A stretch of DNA of 59,982 nt from a virus. Lineage: Duplodnaviria > Caudoviricetes. Shown in pieces: positions 38,528-47,329 of the stretch (its first letter is position 1; the number at the start of each line of letters is the position of its first letter). The translations under genes and the position numbers were made by a program. The stretch covers positions 1 through 59,982 of IMG/VR virus record IMGVR_UViG_3300048834_000230, one strand, 5' to 3'. The notes under the pieces are model-generated. The model was not told the DNA's origin and made no database searches. It worked only from the letters and a program-made list of their open reading frames with translations.

Positions 38528-40624
38528 ATGCCCCTTGTTATGAAGACGAAAAAAAAGGCAACCAAGAAAGTTGCTACCCAAGAAGAACCAATTGACCATA
38601 TCAAACTCTTTGAATTTCATGGTGTAGTTTTTCGGGAAGAAGAAGCACAACAGAAGATCGGTCGTTGCCCCTTTTGTAATAAGCCTCTCAAGTTCCATGT
38701 CGCTACCAAAACTGGTCAATTCGATTGTAAGTCTTGTGGTGTATCCGGTAACAAATACACCTTCTTACAAAAAATCTACGATCATTGGCACAGAAAAACC
38801 ACTAAAGCAAACCGGCTAAAGCTAGGTCGTGTTCGTGGTTTACCTTCTGCTGCTTTCATGCACGTAGCCTATCGTAAAACCGATGGGACCTATCTTCTTC
38901 CCTCCAGAAATGAAAATAAGTCTATGGTAAACATAGGTACTTATTCTGGAAAGAAAGGAGATAGAATCTATCGTACTCCTGGTTGTAAACTACACCTAGG
39001 CGGAATAGATCAACTCAAAGAGCAAGGACCCATTTACCTAGTTGAAGGTGATTGGGATGGTGATGCTCTACGTTACCTACTCAAGAAAGTTGTACCGAAG
39101 AAAGAAGCATGGTCTGTCTTAGATAGCTCGGCTAATGTCTTCAAAGAAGAATGGTATAAATTCTTTAAGAATCGTGATGTAGTTCTTATTGGTGATAATG
39201 ATACCCCTGGTGAAAATGGTGTTAAATCTAAGATTGAACATCTACACAAAGCAGGAGCAAGAATTATTAAACGTCTTCATTGGCCGGAATCCTTTGAAGA
39301 TGGTTATGATCTAAATGATTTCATTGCTGATAACAATGATGACTATGAAGAATGTTGGACTAATCTTCAGTCAATGATTAAGTCTGTCTCTAAGTCTTCA
39401 CTATCATCGTCGCCAGCTAACAATCTCAACATCACTAAATTCTCTCAAGTAGTAACAGAATTCAAAAAGCATATTCATCTATCTTCAGGTATGGAAGATG
39501 CTTTAGCTGTTTGCTATGCCGTTATCTTTTCAGCTAGAGAAGAAGGGGACCCTCTTTGGTGTTTCCTAGTAGCTCCCCCTGGTGGTGGTAAAACATTACT
39601 ACTACAAAACATGGCTGGAAATGAATGGACTCACTTTGAATCTTCTCTAGGTCCTAAAACCCTAGTATCTGGTTGGAAAGATTCTGCCGGTGAAGATCAA
39701 TCCCTATTACCTGATATCATAGGTAAAACTTTGATTGTTAAAGATTGGACTGAAATTATGTCCAAACCTACTAGCGATCAAGAAGAAATCTATGGTGTCT
39801 TTCGTGGTGCTTACGATGGCCGAGTAGAACGCTCCTTTGGTAATGGATTAGCACGTAGAGTCTACCCTGATCCTGATTCTGGATTCAAGACTTGCCATTT
39901 CTCTCTACTAGCTGGTGTTACTCACAAAATCTTTGGTGATAACCGTGCTAGTATGGGTGAACGCTTTATTAAATTCCGGCTTGATTCAGGTGATAACTCC
40001 GATCAAGTTCGTAGAGCTATCAGCAATGCTCTTAAAAGCAAAATGGCCGAATACTCTCTACGTGATGTTTCTGCTTCATTTCTCCAAAAAGAAATTACTG
40101 TTGAAAAACTTCCAACTCTACCTAAGTTTATGGAAAACCGAATCGTCTATCTAGCAGAGATTGCTTCAGCTATTCGGGTACAAGTAGAACGTAGACAGGG
40201 GCAAATGCTCTATCGTCCTGAAGCCGAAGTAGCAACCCGCCTAGCAAAACAGTTAGTACGCCTCTCACGTTTCCTAGCTGTAGTCTTTGGTGAATCTGTT
40301 GTTTCTAACAAAAGCTATCGTCTAGTCCAAAAGGTAGCTCTTGATACTTGCTACTCTTGGCATCAAGACGTATTCCTACAAGTCTCTAAACACAAATATG
40401 GTGCTACCAGACTTGATATTGCTCATAAAGCAAAGATGGCCCCTTCTACAACAGATAGGTGTCTCTTTGATCTATTAGAAATCGGTGCTGTCATAAGAGA
40501 AAAGGAGTTAGTTAATGGTAAAAAACTAGATAAGACAATGGGTGCTGAAGCTTACAAATGGAAACTTTCTCCACCAATGAGGAAAGCCTATACTGAATCC
40601 CGTCTTTCACTACTTAAACTCTAG
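38528..40624 (+). CDS. Primase-helicase: Zn finger, TOPRIM, AAA+ (MCM-like) and wHTH
   Basis: CPFC...C..C; VEG..D; DND..G; APPGGGKT; KD.TEI; AYDG...R; ERF. Confidence 0.85.
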   Translation: MPLVMKTKKKATKKVATQEEPIDHIKLFEFHGVVFREEEAQQKIGRCPFCNKPLKFHVATKTGQFDCKSCGVSGNKYTFLQKIYDHWHRKTTKANRLKLGRVRGLPSAAFMHVAYRKTDGTYLLPSRNENKSMVNIGTYSGKKGDRIYRTPGCKLHLGGIDQLKEQGPIYLVEGDWDGDALRYLLKKVVPKKEAWSVLDSSANVFKEEWYKFFKNRDVVLIGDNDTPGENGVKSKIEHLHKAGARIIKRLHWPESFEDGYDLNDFIADNNDDYEECWTNLQSMIKSVSKSSLSSSPANNLNITKFSQVVTEFKKHIHLSSGMEDALAVCYAVIFSAREEGDPLWCFLVAPPGGGKTLLLQNMAGNEWTHFESSLGPKTLVSGWKDSAGEDQSLLPDIIGKTLIVKDWTEIMSKPTSDQEEIYGVFRGAYDGRVERSFGNGLARRVYPDPDSGFKTCHFSLLAGVTHKIFGDNRASMGERFIKFRLDSGDNSDQVRRAISNALKSKMAEYSLRDVSASFLQKEITVEKLPTLPKFMENRIVYLAEIASAIRVQVERRQGQMLYRPEAEVATRLAKQLVRLSRFLAVVFGESVVSNKSYRLVQKVALDTCYSWHQDVFLQVSKHKYGATRLDIAHKAKMAPSTTDRCLFDLLEIGAVIREKELVNGKKLDKTMGAEAYKWKLSPPMRKAYTESRLSLLKL

Positions 40625-40709
40625 GGTTTTAGGTATCTATTTTCTTCTCCCAGAAAAAATGATATGTTGTTAGGTGTTATTTAATTTCTCTTTACAAGGA
40701 GTATGTAGC

Positions 40710-41147
40710 ATGTCAGCTTACGAAACCCAAATGGCGGGTATTTCTAAATCAATCAGCTATCTTGTTACAGCAGTCCGTGCTGGTACGATGATTTCTGATG
40801 CAAAGAATACTGCTTATCATGGATGGAATGTCCAAGGGTATTTGCAATGTATTTCTCTCGGAAGTCCTGTTGAAGTTCTAGCTAATGATTCTCCTGAAGA
40901 ACAAAAAGCTAAGTTACAACTTCAAGACTTGGCTATCTTAGGTGACTTCTGTGAATCACAAGAGTCTCTTGCTTATTCCGCTTCTGCTACTGCTGAAGCT
41001 AAGTTGAATGTTGTGCAAATCCTTACGATTGCACAAACGATTTTCTCAATTTTGAAGCAACTCGGCATCATCAAGAAACCACCTGTTAATCAGAATGGTC
41101 CTGTTGCCACTTCTATCACTGAAGCTGAAGAAGACCCACTAGGCTAA
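40710..41147 (+). CDS. Hypothetical protein with C-terminal amphipathic/hydrophobic helix
   Basis: ACAAGGAG RBS. Confidence 0.7.
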   Translation: MSAYETQMAGISKSISYLVTAVRAGTMISDAKNTAYHGWNVQGYLQCISLGSPVEVLANDSPEEQKAKLQLQDLAILGDFCESQESLAYSASATAEAKLNVVQILTIAQTIFSILKQLGIIKKPPVNQNGPVATSITEAEEDPLG

Positions 41148-41154
41148 TCCTAAT

Positions 41155-41192
41155 AACTCTAGGTAGTTGAAATATACTACCTAGAGTTTTTT
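41155..41192 (+). terminator. Intrinsic terminator
   Basis: AACTCTAGGTAGT/ACTACCTAGAGTT stem followed by a T-run. Confidence 0.85.
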
Positions 41193-41207
41193 ACAGGGAA
41201 GTATTAA

Positions 41208-41339
41208 ATGGAGAAACCTGAATGCTGCGAACAGTGTGGTAGATTAGTAAAAGAACATGACATACGTTTTTGTTCAAAGTGTGGTGCCTTAGTGCATATA
41301 CATTGTACTTGTGACTGTGAAAAGGAATCTGAAAAATGA
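41208..41339 (+). CDS. Small Cys-rich Zn-finger protein (43 aa)
   Basis: CEQC...CSKC...H..C.C.C. Confidence 0.55.
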   Translation: MEKPECCEQCGRLVKEHDIRFCSKCGALVHIHCTCDCEKESEK

Positions 41340-41584
41340 ACCTCACTCCTGAAACTCTAGCTCCCTTAGCTGTAGGTCTAGGTTCGGTAGTAGCTTACTT
41401 CTATCCACAAATCAAATCCTGGTATGTCGATAGAAAGACTGTTCCTACCCAACCCCCAATCAATGAGATAAATACTGTGATTCAGTATTTCATGGCTAAA
41501 GGGTATGCCCCTGGTATTGATGCGTCTGTAACAACTGCCAAGTTGCTCTACGATGCTATACCCCTTCCAACAAAGAACGCTTAA
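41336..41584 (+). CDS. Small membrane protein
   Basis: N-terminal TM; AAGGA RBS. Confidence 0.7.
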   Translation: MNLTPETLAPLAVGLGSVVAYFYPQIKSWYVDRKTVPTQPPINEINTVIQYFMAKGYAPGIDASVTTAKLLYDAIPLPTKNA

Positions 41585-41601
41585 TTAAGGAATTCTTAAT
41601 C

Positions 41602-42231
41602 ATGGAAAAAAACAAAGTCATTGGTATAGGTGGTTTTCTCCTAGCCTTGATTATGATTCTCCAAAATCTAGGTATTGTTGTTATCAACCCTGATAACCCT
41701 GATACTCCAGTTACACCTAGTAACCCTGATATCGTTGTCCCTGATGAACCTAAACCGGATGACCCTACTCCGGTAATACCTGATAACCCAAATCCACCAA
41801 TTGATCCTAACAAGGATATTCTACTTACTATCGAAGCAGAAAATTTCCCTGTTGTACCCCCTAGCTATGAAGCTATCTCTAAACCTGTTTATGATGTTCT
41901 TGTAGCTTGTGAAAATGCCCCTGGTTCATTGATCCTTGCTCGTAGTCATGCCCAATGGTCTAGGTTATTTCTTCTTCCAGAAGCAAGCATGATGAGAACT
42001 ACTGGTTCTTATAGAGAACAGCGTATTAAAAGCCTGCAAGCTATGCTTAGTATTCACAATATGGATTCGATCTGTCCTGGTCTAAGCATAGCTGTTGATG
42101 GTGTTATCAATCAGGCTCTAGGCGGAAAGCAAGATAGAGCATTAACATCAGATGATTTTTTGGCTCTATCTAAGGCTCACGATGCTATTGCTGGTCGTGC
42201 CTTTGAAGCTTTCCAAAGGATTGTTCAATGA
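41602..42231 (+). CDS. Membrane-anchored periplasmic protein with Pro/Asp linker
   Basis: N-terminal TM; PDNPDTPVTP...PDDPTP linker; helical domain. Confidence 0.75.
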   Translation: MEKNKVIGIGGFLLALIMILQNLGIVVINPDNPDTPVTPSNPDIVVPDEPKPDDPTPVIPDNPNPPIDPNKDILLTIEAENFPVVPPSYEAISKPVYDVLVACENAPGSLILARSHAQWSRLFLLPEASMMRTTGSYREQRIKSLQAMLSIHNMDSICPGLSIAVDGVINQALGGKQDRALTSDDFLALSKAHDAIAGRAFEAFQRIVQ

Positions 42232-42455
42232 CTGCTTCTAATCCTAATTCAGAACCAAAGCAAACCTTAGCCTGTGATTTATGGGTACAAACTGTATTAG
42301 GTGAAATCACCTTATGTTTTAACATTGATGACCAACAAGTAGACGTAAATCTTTCATTAGCTAATACAAAAAAACTAATAGAGAATTTACAGTTAGCCCT
42401 GTTTGAGACTGAAGAATTTTTATCACGCACTACTGTCAAAGGAGTAAAAGAATAA
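42228..42455 (+). CDS. Hypothetical protein
   Basis: ATGA overlap. Confidence 0.55.
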   Translation: MTASNPNSEPKQTLACDLWVQTVLGEITLCFNIDDQQVDVNLSLANTKKLIENLQLALFETEEFLSRTTVKGVKE

Positions 42456-42622
42456 TGTCTACTACACTAGAAGCTACTAATGAAACAATTGAAATGACAA
42501 CCACTTGTGATGCTTGTGGTAAAACTGGTCCTATCAATTCAACGAACTTTGATCCGATTAGAGAAATGATTGTTTGTCCTTCTTGCGATCAAATCCTAGG
42601 TGATAAGGACATACAGGTTTAA
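42455..42622 (+). CDS. Small Zn-ribbon protein (55 aa)
   Basis: AAGGAG RBS; CDACG...CPSC. Confidence 0.6.
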   Translation: MSTTLEATNETIEMTTTCDACGKTGPINSTNFDPIREMIVCPSCDQILGDKDIQV

Positions 42623-42624
42623 TC

Positions 42625-42897
42625 ATGCCTACTTTCAATCTACGCTCAACTACAGCAGTAGTCATCAAAGCATACGAATATAATGGTGCGGATAGTCCAA
42701 AACCATTACTTAAAGATTACCAGTATGCTGCTGGTCTAACTACTTATGGAGAAGTCACACAAGTAGGTTCATCTGTAACTGACTATTCAGCCGGTGATAT
42801 TGTTGTTTACCCCAGTGGTATAGGAACTCCAACAATGATGAACGGTATCGAAGTCAGAATTATGGATGAAACTAGTATTCTCTACCATATTTCTTAA
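42625..42897 (+). CDS. GroES/Cpn10-like co-chaperonin
   Basis: GEV..VG..V...SAGD.V.Y...GT......E..IM.E..IL. Confidence 0.75.
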   Translation: MPTFNLRSTTAVVIKAYEYNGADSPKPLLKDYQYAAGLTTYGEVTQVGSSVTDYSAGDIVVYPSGIGTPTMMNGIEVRIMDETSILYHIS

Positions 42898-42909
42898 AGG
42901 ATTAGTTGC

Positions 42910-45033
42910 ATGTCATGGAGAGCAAAGAAACTACACCTACTCAAAGGTGCTAGATTATTTCCGACTGATGCGGTTAATCTTAAACCTGATAAGATTGTCC
43001 AAATGTATAAGGACAGTTTTACAGGAGTACGGATTGATCCTGAAGCAAAAGAAGAACTCATGTCGCTACAGGCTGTGCCTGATGGTGATATGGTAGCTAT
43101 GTCTACAGGGATGGCAGATACAGGTAAGGGTAAATTATCCATACCTTTTATCTATGCTCATCAAGCTTATCCTAAACTCTGGCCTAGTCTCCCTCAAGAA
43201 ACTGGAAATTGTTTTATTGCCGGTACAATGGTACTTGCAGATAACATTAAACCTATTGAACAAATAGAATTAGGCGATAAGGTTTGGACAGGAGAAGGTA
43301 AACTTACCGAAGTTATTAGTAAGAGAAAAATTCTTACTCATAAACCTTTAATTAAAATTTGTCCTGTAGGTAGCCTGCCAATTATATGTACTGACGATCA
43401 TAAAATACTTGTTTATAGACTTGGAATGATAGGCAAAAAGCGTATCAGCAAATCTATGTATAACAGGGTATTAAACGGTACATACAAAGAAAAATCCCCA
43501 ACAACTGTAGTAGAACAGTTTGAAAGCCGGAAGCCTATATGGATTAAAGCTAAAGACTTAAAAGAAGGTGATTGTCTCTTAACACCTATTAAATTTAAGA
43601 ATATGAAAGTACCAAAGGATTGCCCTGGTAATCTCTCTCAATCAGAAGAAGGGTTATTCTTATTAGGATGCTTTTCAGGTAATGGTTATGCTGGTGGTTC
43701 TACAATGGAGATAGTTAGTCCTAATGATGGACTAATCCAAAAATTAGTAGAAATTCTTCAGTTACATGGATTTAATCCAAAACTATGCCCATCTAAGGGA
43801 TGTACCAAAATAAGAGTACATTCTGTTGACCTTGTAACGTGGCTTAGAAAGCATTTTTATAATAAGGATAAAAACAAAGCATATCCCGGCTGGTTAATTG
43901 GTAGCAAAGCTTACTTGCATGGTTTATTTGAAACTGATGGACATTACTCCGAAAAAAGAAAAACCAATACTATAGATTCTACCTCACTAGCTTTGATATA
44001 CGGTACTTATGCTACTTTAGTTAGCCTAGGTTATACACCTTGTATCAATATGGTAAGTAGAAGTAAAGGAACTTACGCTAATGCAAAACCGTTATACAGG
44101 TTAATATGGATAGAAGACAAAAAAAATAATCAAGTATGGATGGATAATAAATTTGTCTGTAGACCTATTCGTAAATTTGAATTAGTAGAAGGACCTAATG
44201 AAGTTTATGACATTGGTGTAAAAGATGAACACCATTCATTTATTGCTAATGGTCATGCTGTTTCAAACTGCGTAGGTAAAGCTGGTAAGAATAGTGGTAT
44301 CTTACTACTAGGTGTAGAAGCTGCCCTAGCTCAACCTGATGAAGAAACAGGTATCACAGAAGGTTTCCCTGAAGTCCCCTTAGAACTACAACCGCATGGT
44401 ATCCTAGCTTGGGAACATCTATACGGTGAACGTGGTCATAGGGGTCAAGGTGCTAACTGTTCTAAGCTTATCTTAGTATCATCCAAATCTAGTGGTATGA
44501 TCCTAAGAAAGAACTACCCTGAAGCTGGTATTGATTTTACAAAAGAAAATACCCGCCTCTCTGTCAATTGGGGTGCTAGAGGTACACCTGATAAGATTCT
44601 TGCCCTAGGCAAATCAAATCCTATCAGGAATGCGGTAGACGTACCTAATCACGAAGTAGCTAGAGACTTCATCAACAACGGATACCCTATTTGGGTGTGT
44701 AGTTCTCTAGGCTTTTCTGAAATCTGTGATGCTAATGGATATTCAGAACGTCAAGGTGGTTGGGGTCACTCTTGGATAGTTGCCGGTTTTGATGATCGCC
44801 CTGAAACAGTTAAAGCCTATGGTTTCCCATTGTTCCTATTCATCCATGATTGGGGTTTGTGGAATAAAAATACCAAGGGTATTACTATTAAGGGTACAAA
44901 CATCAAGATACCCCCTGGTTCTTTCTGGGCAGATGCTCGTTTACTCGATCAGTGCGATATGACAGCACTATCAGGTTTAACTGGTTGGATGCGTAAAGAA
45001 CTTCCCGATTTCAGTGGTGGTCTACTAGGATAA
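42910..45033 (+). CDS. Papain-like (C1 family) cysteine protease interrupted by an intein
   Basis: Q-E-T-G-N-[C]V, W.H...AG.DD, F...HDWG, GSFW. Confidence 0.85.
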   Translation: MSWRAKKLHLLKGARLFPTDAVNLKPDKIVQMYKDSFTGVRIDPEAKEELMSLQAVPDGDMVAMSTGMADTGKGKLSIPFIYAHQAYPKLWPSLPQETGNCFIAGTMVLADNIKPIEQIELGDKVWTGEGKLTEVISKRKILTHKPLIKICPVGSLPIICTDDHKILVYRLGMIGKKRISKSMYNRVLNGTYKEKSPTTVVEQFESRKPIWIKAKDLKEGDCLLTPIKFKNMKVPKDCPGNLSQSEEGLFLLGCFSGNGYAGGSTMEIVSPNDGLIQKLVEILQLHGFNPKLCPSKGCTKIRVHSVDLVTWLRKHFYNKDKNKAYPGWLIGSKAYLHGLFETDGHYSEKRKTNTIDSTSLALIYGTYATLVSLGYTPCINMVSRSKGTYANAKPLYRLIWIEDKKNNQVWMDNKFVCRPIRKFELVEGPNEVYDIGVKDEHHSFIANGHAVSNCVGKAGKNSGILLLGVEAALAQPDEETGITEGFPEVPLELQPHGILAWEHLYGERGHRGQGANCSKLILVSSKSSGMILRKNYPEAGIDFTKENTRLSVNWGARGTPDKILALGKSNPIRNAVDVPNHEVARDFINNGYPIWVCSSLGFSEICDANGYSERQGGWGHSWIVAGFDDRPETVKAYGFPLFLFIHDWGLWNKNTKGITIKGTNIKIPPGSFWADARLLDQCDMTALSGLTGWMRKELPDFSGGLLG
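43210..44268 (+). mobile_element. LAGLIDADG intein (353 aa, Cys1 to Ser-Asn, Cys+1)
   Basis: CFIAGTMV; CTDDH; LLGCFSGNG and GLFETDG; VYDIGV..HSFIANG..SN/C. Confidence 0.92.
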
Positions 45034-45037
45034 AATA

Positions 45038-45358
45038 ATGCCCAAGAAAGTATGTATATTCGTAACTGGTGCTATTAATTCAGGTAAGACTACTTGGATT
45101 AATGACTCTGGTTTGGACAATCTCTGTAACCGTACCTATGCTGGTATTACTTTTGCTTGTCAAGAATTCTTTAACAAAGCAAAAGCAATTAGAGATACTT
45201 CAGATTACATTGCGGCCTATGAAATCCAATGTAATGAAGATGCTATCCGCAAAGCCTCTAGTGTACGTCGAGACTTAGAAGAAGAAGGATGGTTGATTCT
45301 TACTAAACATATTGTAAATCAAGATCAGCAAGAAACTCTATCGGAGCTAATCGCATGA
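45038..45358 (+). CDS. Small P-loop NTPase/kinase-like protein
   Basis: VTGAINSGKTTW. Confidence 0.6.
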   Translation: MPKKVCIFVTGAINSGKTTWINDSGLDNLCNRTYAGITFACQEFFNKAKAIRDTSDYIAAYEIQCNEDAIRKASSVRRDLEEEGWLILTKHIVNQDQQETLSELIA

Positions 45359-46590
45359 AGCCTTTAACAATACTTCTATTATTTCTTACCCTGGGAAACT
45401 TTTCTCTGGGAAAAGAAATGCCCCTGCCTGCCCCTACAGATTATACCCCAATTATTACATGGTATGCTGCCCTGTATTCAATCAAAAATGAACCTACACC
45501 TGCCCCATCGAATGATGAAATCAAAGTCGGTGATAAGTGTATTCATTGTAAGGGAACAGGTACGCTTACCTTAGATGGGGGTAATCGAAATGCCCCTTGC
45601 CATCATTGTAAAGCTGATGGTGTAGCCAATGAGGGTGATCCTATCATCACAGGGAACTACACTCAAGAACCTGAAGTTCCACAAGCTGTCCCCTTTATTG
45701 AAAAGCCTTTAGTTCCACCTGTTGTTTTCCCTCCAGAAAAACCTGTATTAGATTTACCTGATCGTGTTTGGTGTTTCATCTATCAGGGGTCTACTTACTA
45801 CTATGATCCTGAAACAGATATCTTTGTCAGTAAGCAAGGAAAGAAATTCAAGATAGATATTCCACAAACAGAATGGATGAAAGAAGGTTTTGTAAAAATC
45901 TGTACTCACGATGCTACTGGTAGGCAGATTAAATGCGAACCATGTAAACTCTTTCAAGTCGATATCAATGCTGACTTAATTCCAAAATCAAAACCTATAA
46001 CAAGGCTCAATACTCATACCAATTCGGAAGTCCAAACAGCCGATCAGTATGCTACTCCCCAAGCCTCTATTGATCGAATGTTGTCTGTACTTAATCCACA
46101 ACCGCATGAAACATTCCTAGATGTAGGTAGCGGTGATGGTCGTGCTGTCATTACTGCTGCAAAGAACTATGGATGCTATGCAATTGGAATTGAAATTGAT
46201 CCTGATAGAATTCAATTAGCTTACGCTAATGCTGAAGAAGCTGGTGTTGCTAATCAAGTTGAATTTATTCAAGGTGATTTCAAACAGATAGAATGGCCCC
46301 AAGCCGACGTTGGCTTTGTCTATCTCTTCCCAGAAGACTTGTACGATATCCGTAATCGTCTTCTAGGTTTAGATCGGTTTGCCTCTTACGTGCATCAAGT
46401 TCCAAATCTACCAATGTACTCCAAAGACAATGGTGACTTTTACCTATGGGATTACAATGATGTTTTTACTGTTTGGAATGGTCGAACCTATCAAGGTCCC
46501 CCTTGTAGTAAACCCGGATGTACGATGTGTAATTCTATTCGTGCCTCAATAGCTGAACAAAAATCCCATCACTTAGGAGTATTGCCATGA
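45355..46590 (+). CDS. Signal-peptide protein with DnaJ-type Zn finger and class I SAM methyltransferase
   Basis: Signal peptide; CIHCKGTG...CHHCKADG; TPQ..IDRML, LDVGSGDGR, GIEID, QGD, YL. Confidence 0.85.
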   Translation: MKPLTILLLFLTLGNFSLGKEMPLPAPTDYTPIITWYAALYSIKNEPTPAPSNDEIKVGDKCIHCKGTGTLTLDGGNRNAPCHHCKADGVANEGDPIITGNYTQEPEVPQAVPFIEKPLVPPVVFPPEKPVLDLPDRVWCFIYQGSTYYYDPETDIFVSKQGKKFKIDIPQTEWMKEGFVKICTHDATGRQIKCEPCKLFQVDINADLIPKSKPITRLNTHTNSEVQTADQYATPQASIDRMLSVLNPQPHETFLDVGSGDGRAVITAAKNYGCYAIGIEIDPDRIQLAYANAEEAGVANQVEFIQGDFKQIEWPQADVGFVYLFPEDLYDIRNRLLGLDRFASYVHQVPNLPMYSKDNGDFYLWDYNDVFTVWNGRTYQGPPCSKPGCTMCNSIRASIAEQKSHHLGVLP

Positions 46591-46681
46591 CATGGTTTCC
46601 ATTCCTACTAACCTGTGCTGTCTATCTTGTTTCTCTTATCCTTTGGATACTCATTAAGAAAAACATTATCTAGGGTGTATC

Positions 46682-47329
46682 ATGGATGTTAAAAAGTTCT
46701 TTGAGGATTGTGCTACTTTATCTGAAACCTATAGCCTAGCTCCTATGAGTGCTGGCTTTATTTATGATTGCATTAAAGAAGATAAAACCTACAGTGCGGT
46801 AGGTCATTACAGGGATAATAATACCCAAGATGAATTACTAGCCTTTGTCTTAATGGAACTCTATCGTTCTCGCAAAGGTCAAAAGGTAGCCCCCACACCT
46901 GCTTACATTCCAGCTAAGAGAGCTTACGATTTTTGTGTTAATGTAGATGATTGGGTAAGAAACCCTATTCTATCTGATGAAGAACTAGTTGGTTTATTTG
47001 CTCGTAGTATCTTCCAATACACTCTTAATGTCATTTCCGATCTACAAGATGGAACTCTAGTTATTCCTGAACCTACTAGACTCTGGTATCCAAGCAAGAA
47101 AACCCCTTTACCATCTGATATAGACTTCATCCCTAGATGGCGGATATCATGTAATGCGGAAGACTACGATCTACTACATGCCCTATCTAAGAATCCTGGT
47201 CTACAAATCAAGAAGACTACTCAACGCCAACGAACAATGCTGATTCAGGGTCATGCAATCAGGGATTCGCTAGAACAACAATACAAGGATTATATTGATG
47301 GCAAAAACATATACGACATATCTAGGTAA
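46682..47329 (+). CDS. Hypothetical protein
   Basis: 215-aa ORF. Confidence 0.7.
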   Translation: MDVKKFFEDCATLSETYSLAPMSAGFIYDCIKEDKTYSAVGHYRDNNTQDELLAFVLMELYRSRKGQKVAPTPAYIPAKRAYDFCVNVDDWVRNPILSDEELVGLFARSIFQYTLNVISDLQDGTLVIPEPTRLWYPSKKTPLPSDIDFIPRWRISCNAEDYDLLHALSKNPGLQIKKTTQRQRTMLIQGHAIRDSLEQQYKDYIDGKNIYDISR

